From assembly GCF_006345805.1 (NCBI RefSeq), contig NW_021823792.1, positions 1 through 22,519 on the forward strand: 22,519 bases of DNA, written 5' to 3'. Position numbers and translations under genes: made by a program. Every line of letters begins with the position of its first letter. The stretch's first letter is position 1. The notes below the pieces were generated by a model that had not been told where the DNA came from, did not search any database, and was given only the letters and a program-made list of their open reading frames with translations. This document shows, in pieces, positions 20,001 to 22,519 of this stretch. The stretch is from Octopus sinensis. Lineage: Eukaryota.

Positions 20001-20057
20001 ATATATATACACATACATACATATATATATATATACATATATATATACATATATATT

Positions 20058-20088
<31 letters not shown>

Positions 20089-20460
20089 ATGTGTGTGTGT
20101 GTGTGTATATAAATGTATATATATATATTATGGAGATGTACTTGCATAGCAAGTGACCTGATCTGAGATTGTGTGCTGGAAAGAAAACAATTGCAGTGTG
20201 GAAGGTGTTTATAAGCCATTTAAGAAACACAAAAACTGTTAGATTCGCTTCTACATTTAAATTTAATTTGCCAAAATATTTTCATCGTATATATATATAT
20301 ATATATATATGCATATAAATAAATATGTGTATACATATTGTATATATATATATATAATATACACACACATGTATATTATCTTATATGTTTATATACATGT
20401 ATGTAAATGTATACATATCTGTATATATACATATGTATGTATATATAGATATTTTTTCAC
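19945..20460. repeat. (TA)/(TACA)n tracts flanking a truncated copy (about 20131-20288) of the 17538-17736 element
   Basis: Seen directly; GGAGATGTACTTGCATAGC...TTATAAGCCATTTAAGAAACAC is shared with the 17.5-kb copy. Confidence 0.8.
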
Positions 20461-20585
20461 ACAAATTCATGAGTGCTCAATGTATGTAATATATACACAT
20501 TTGAGGCAGAAGTGTGTAGAATCAACCTGATGTATATATGTGTATATTTTAATCATTATTATTATTATTCCTATTATCATTATTA

Positions 20586-20789
20586 AGCTGGCAGATTCGT
20601 TAGCTCACTGGGTGAAAGGCTTAGCGGCATTTTGTCTATCACTATGTTCCGAGTTCAAATTCTACCGAGGTTGACTTTGCCGTTCATCCTTTCAGGGTCG
20701 ATAAAGTAAGAACTAGTGGAGCACCGGGGTCGATGTAATCGACTTGCTCCCACTCCTGCAGTTGCTGGCCTTGTGCCAAAATTTGAAAC

Positions 20790-20849
<60 letters not shown>

Positions 20850-21233
20850 GCAGCAAGCTGGCAGAATCGTTAGCATGCTGGGCGAAATGCTTGGCGGTGT
20901 TTTGTTCATCTTCACGTTCTAAGTTCAAATTCCGCCGCGGTCGACTTTGCCTTTCATCCTTTCGGGGTTGATAAATAAAGTACCAGTAATACACTGGAGT
21001 GGCTGTAATCGACAAGTCCTTTCCCCCAAATTTCAGGCCTTGTGCCTTTAGAAAAAAGGGATTATTATTTTAAACATTATTATTATTATTATTATTTCTG
21101 CTGAGGTCGGCTTTGCCTTTCATCCTTTCAAGGTCAATGAATTAAGTACCAGTTGCGTACTGGAGTCGATCTAATCAACTGGCTCCCTCCCCTCAAATTT
21201 CGGGCCTTGTGCCTATAGTAGACAGGTTTATTA

Positions 21234-21266
<33 letters not shown>

Positions 21267-21450
21267 GGTAAGCTGGCAGAATTGTTAGCGTGCCAGGCTT
21301 GTTCTGAGTTGAAATTCCACCGAGGTAGACTTTGCCTTTTGTCCTTTTAGGGTTGATCAAATAAGCACCATTTGAGAATTGGGGTCAATGTAACCAACTT
21401 CAACCTGTCCCCCAAAAGTTGCTGGACTTGCGCCAAAATTTAAAACCATT
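20586..21450 (+). mobile_element. Chain of four plus-strand family A SINEs separated by (ATT)n
   Basis: Copies at about 20586-20790, 20850-21065, 21098-21232 and 21265-21450. Confidence 0.8.
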
Positions 21451-21608
21451 ATAATTATTATTATTATTATTATTTTTTTTTTTTTTACCTGTGGTCATCT
21501 GACATTTACCGGCTCATACTTAATTAAAACGGCCTCATACGGGCTTCGGCACATGTCGTCCCGCAAGCGGACTGAATGTGTTGGTCGATGCCGTGGCTAG
21601 TCACTGCT

Positions 21609-21800
21609 GGGTGGGGGTGTGGGGGTGGAGGGGGGGTCAACCAATGATGGGGTCAATTGCTGTTGAAATTCGGGGAGTGGGGGGATGGGGGTGTCAATTG
21701 CCACCGGGGGGGGGTGTTATTTGCTGAGGGTGCGGGGTGGTGTGGGGGGTGGGTCAATTATTGCTGGGGTGTAAGATAAAAAAAAAAACGGGGGTGGGGA
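21609..21800 (+). other. G-run cluster with G-quadruplex-forming potential
   Basis: More than a dozen runs of 3-9 G with short spacers, and a recurring GTCAA(TTGC) spacer. Confidence 0.55.
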
Positions 21801-22264
21801 AAGAGGTGTAATGTGTATATTAATTAATTTATTAATAAGTTAGTGAATTTTTTTTTTTTTTGTTAAAAAAAAATGAATTTAATGAACATGTGTATATACA
21901 TATATATATATTATATATTATAAATTATATAAATACATTATTAAACGAGCGTGTGTTGAAAGATTAACGATCATATTGTTGCATTGTTATTCATTATTTT
22001 TATTGTCTTTGTTTAAATGCATGTCTGTGTGTATAATGTGTATGTATGTATATATGTGTGTATATATGTGTGTATGTGTGAGGAGAGAAAAAGACATATG
22101 TACATTCACACATGCATGCCTTCATGTATATATGTATATATATATATAGTTATATTTATCAAAAGAAAAAACAGGATGCAAAGGATTTAGCGGTACATAT
22201 GTTTCTGGCTTTATTGAACAATTTATATCAATGCATAATTGATATAACATGTAGGCCAACAGCG

Positions 22265-22519
22265 TGGAGGTGCAATGGCCCAGTGGTTAGGGCAGCGGAC
22301 TCGCGGTCGTAGGATCGCGGTTTCGATTCCCAGACTGGGCATTGTGAGTGTATATTGAGCGAAAACACCTAAAAAGCTCCACGATGCTCCGGCAGGGGAT
22401 GGTGGTGATCCCTGCTGTACTCTTTCGCCACAACTTTCTCTCACTCTTACTTCCTGTTTCTGTTGTACCTGTATTTCAAAGGGCCGGCCTTGTCACTCTC
22501 TGTGTCACGCTGAATATCC
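22265..22519 (+). mobile_element. Family C tRNA-SINE (tail variant 1), cut by the window end
   Basis: A box TGGCCCAGTGG and B-box-like GGTTTCGATTCC. The tail TTTCAAAGGGCCGGCCTTGTCAC...CTGAATATCC matches the minus copy at 3541-3853. Confidence 0.85.

Noticed and set aside
15142-21015. Poly-Ile, poly-Asn, poly-Met and poly-Leu ORFs
   Set aside because: They are translations of (AAT)/(ATT)/(GAT)n SINE tails.

Overview
Eukaryotic, repeat-dense genomic DNA, most likely from an octopus (inferred from the tRNA-derived SINE families and the extreme microsatellite load). One spliced plus-strand gene is recognisable: a cortactin-binding protein 2 family member (CTTNBP2/CTTNBP2NL/nausicaa type). Four phase-0 coding exons are supported: 2575-2676, 4822-5061, 7476-7583 and 13425-15194. 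They encode an N-terminal coiled coil followed by a Ser/Pro-rich region with an RGTPPPVPPNKP motif. No further exon is recognisable downstream in the window. The introns hold three SINE families, an RTE LINE 3' fragment, two non-autonomous Helitrons, a TA-flanked MITE, a five-copy tandem array of a piggyBac-like MITE and a 3.1-kb minisatellite with ~1-kb higher-order structure. The most unusual signal is a set of short elements, mostly inserted in microsatellites, each carrying a minimal type I hammerhead-ribozyme-like fold of the kind known from Penelope-like elements. I find seven folds of varying integrity plus two partial ones, from several unrelated families. Their cores show C3-G8, U3-A8 and G3-C8 versions of the hammerhead tertiary base pair, and nearly all lie antisense to the gene. 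All folds were read by eye, and activity is untested. Almost all short ORFs in the track are artefacts of simple repeats.
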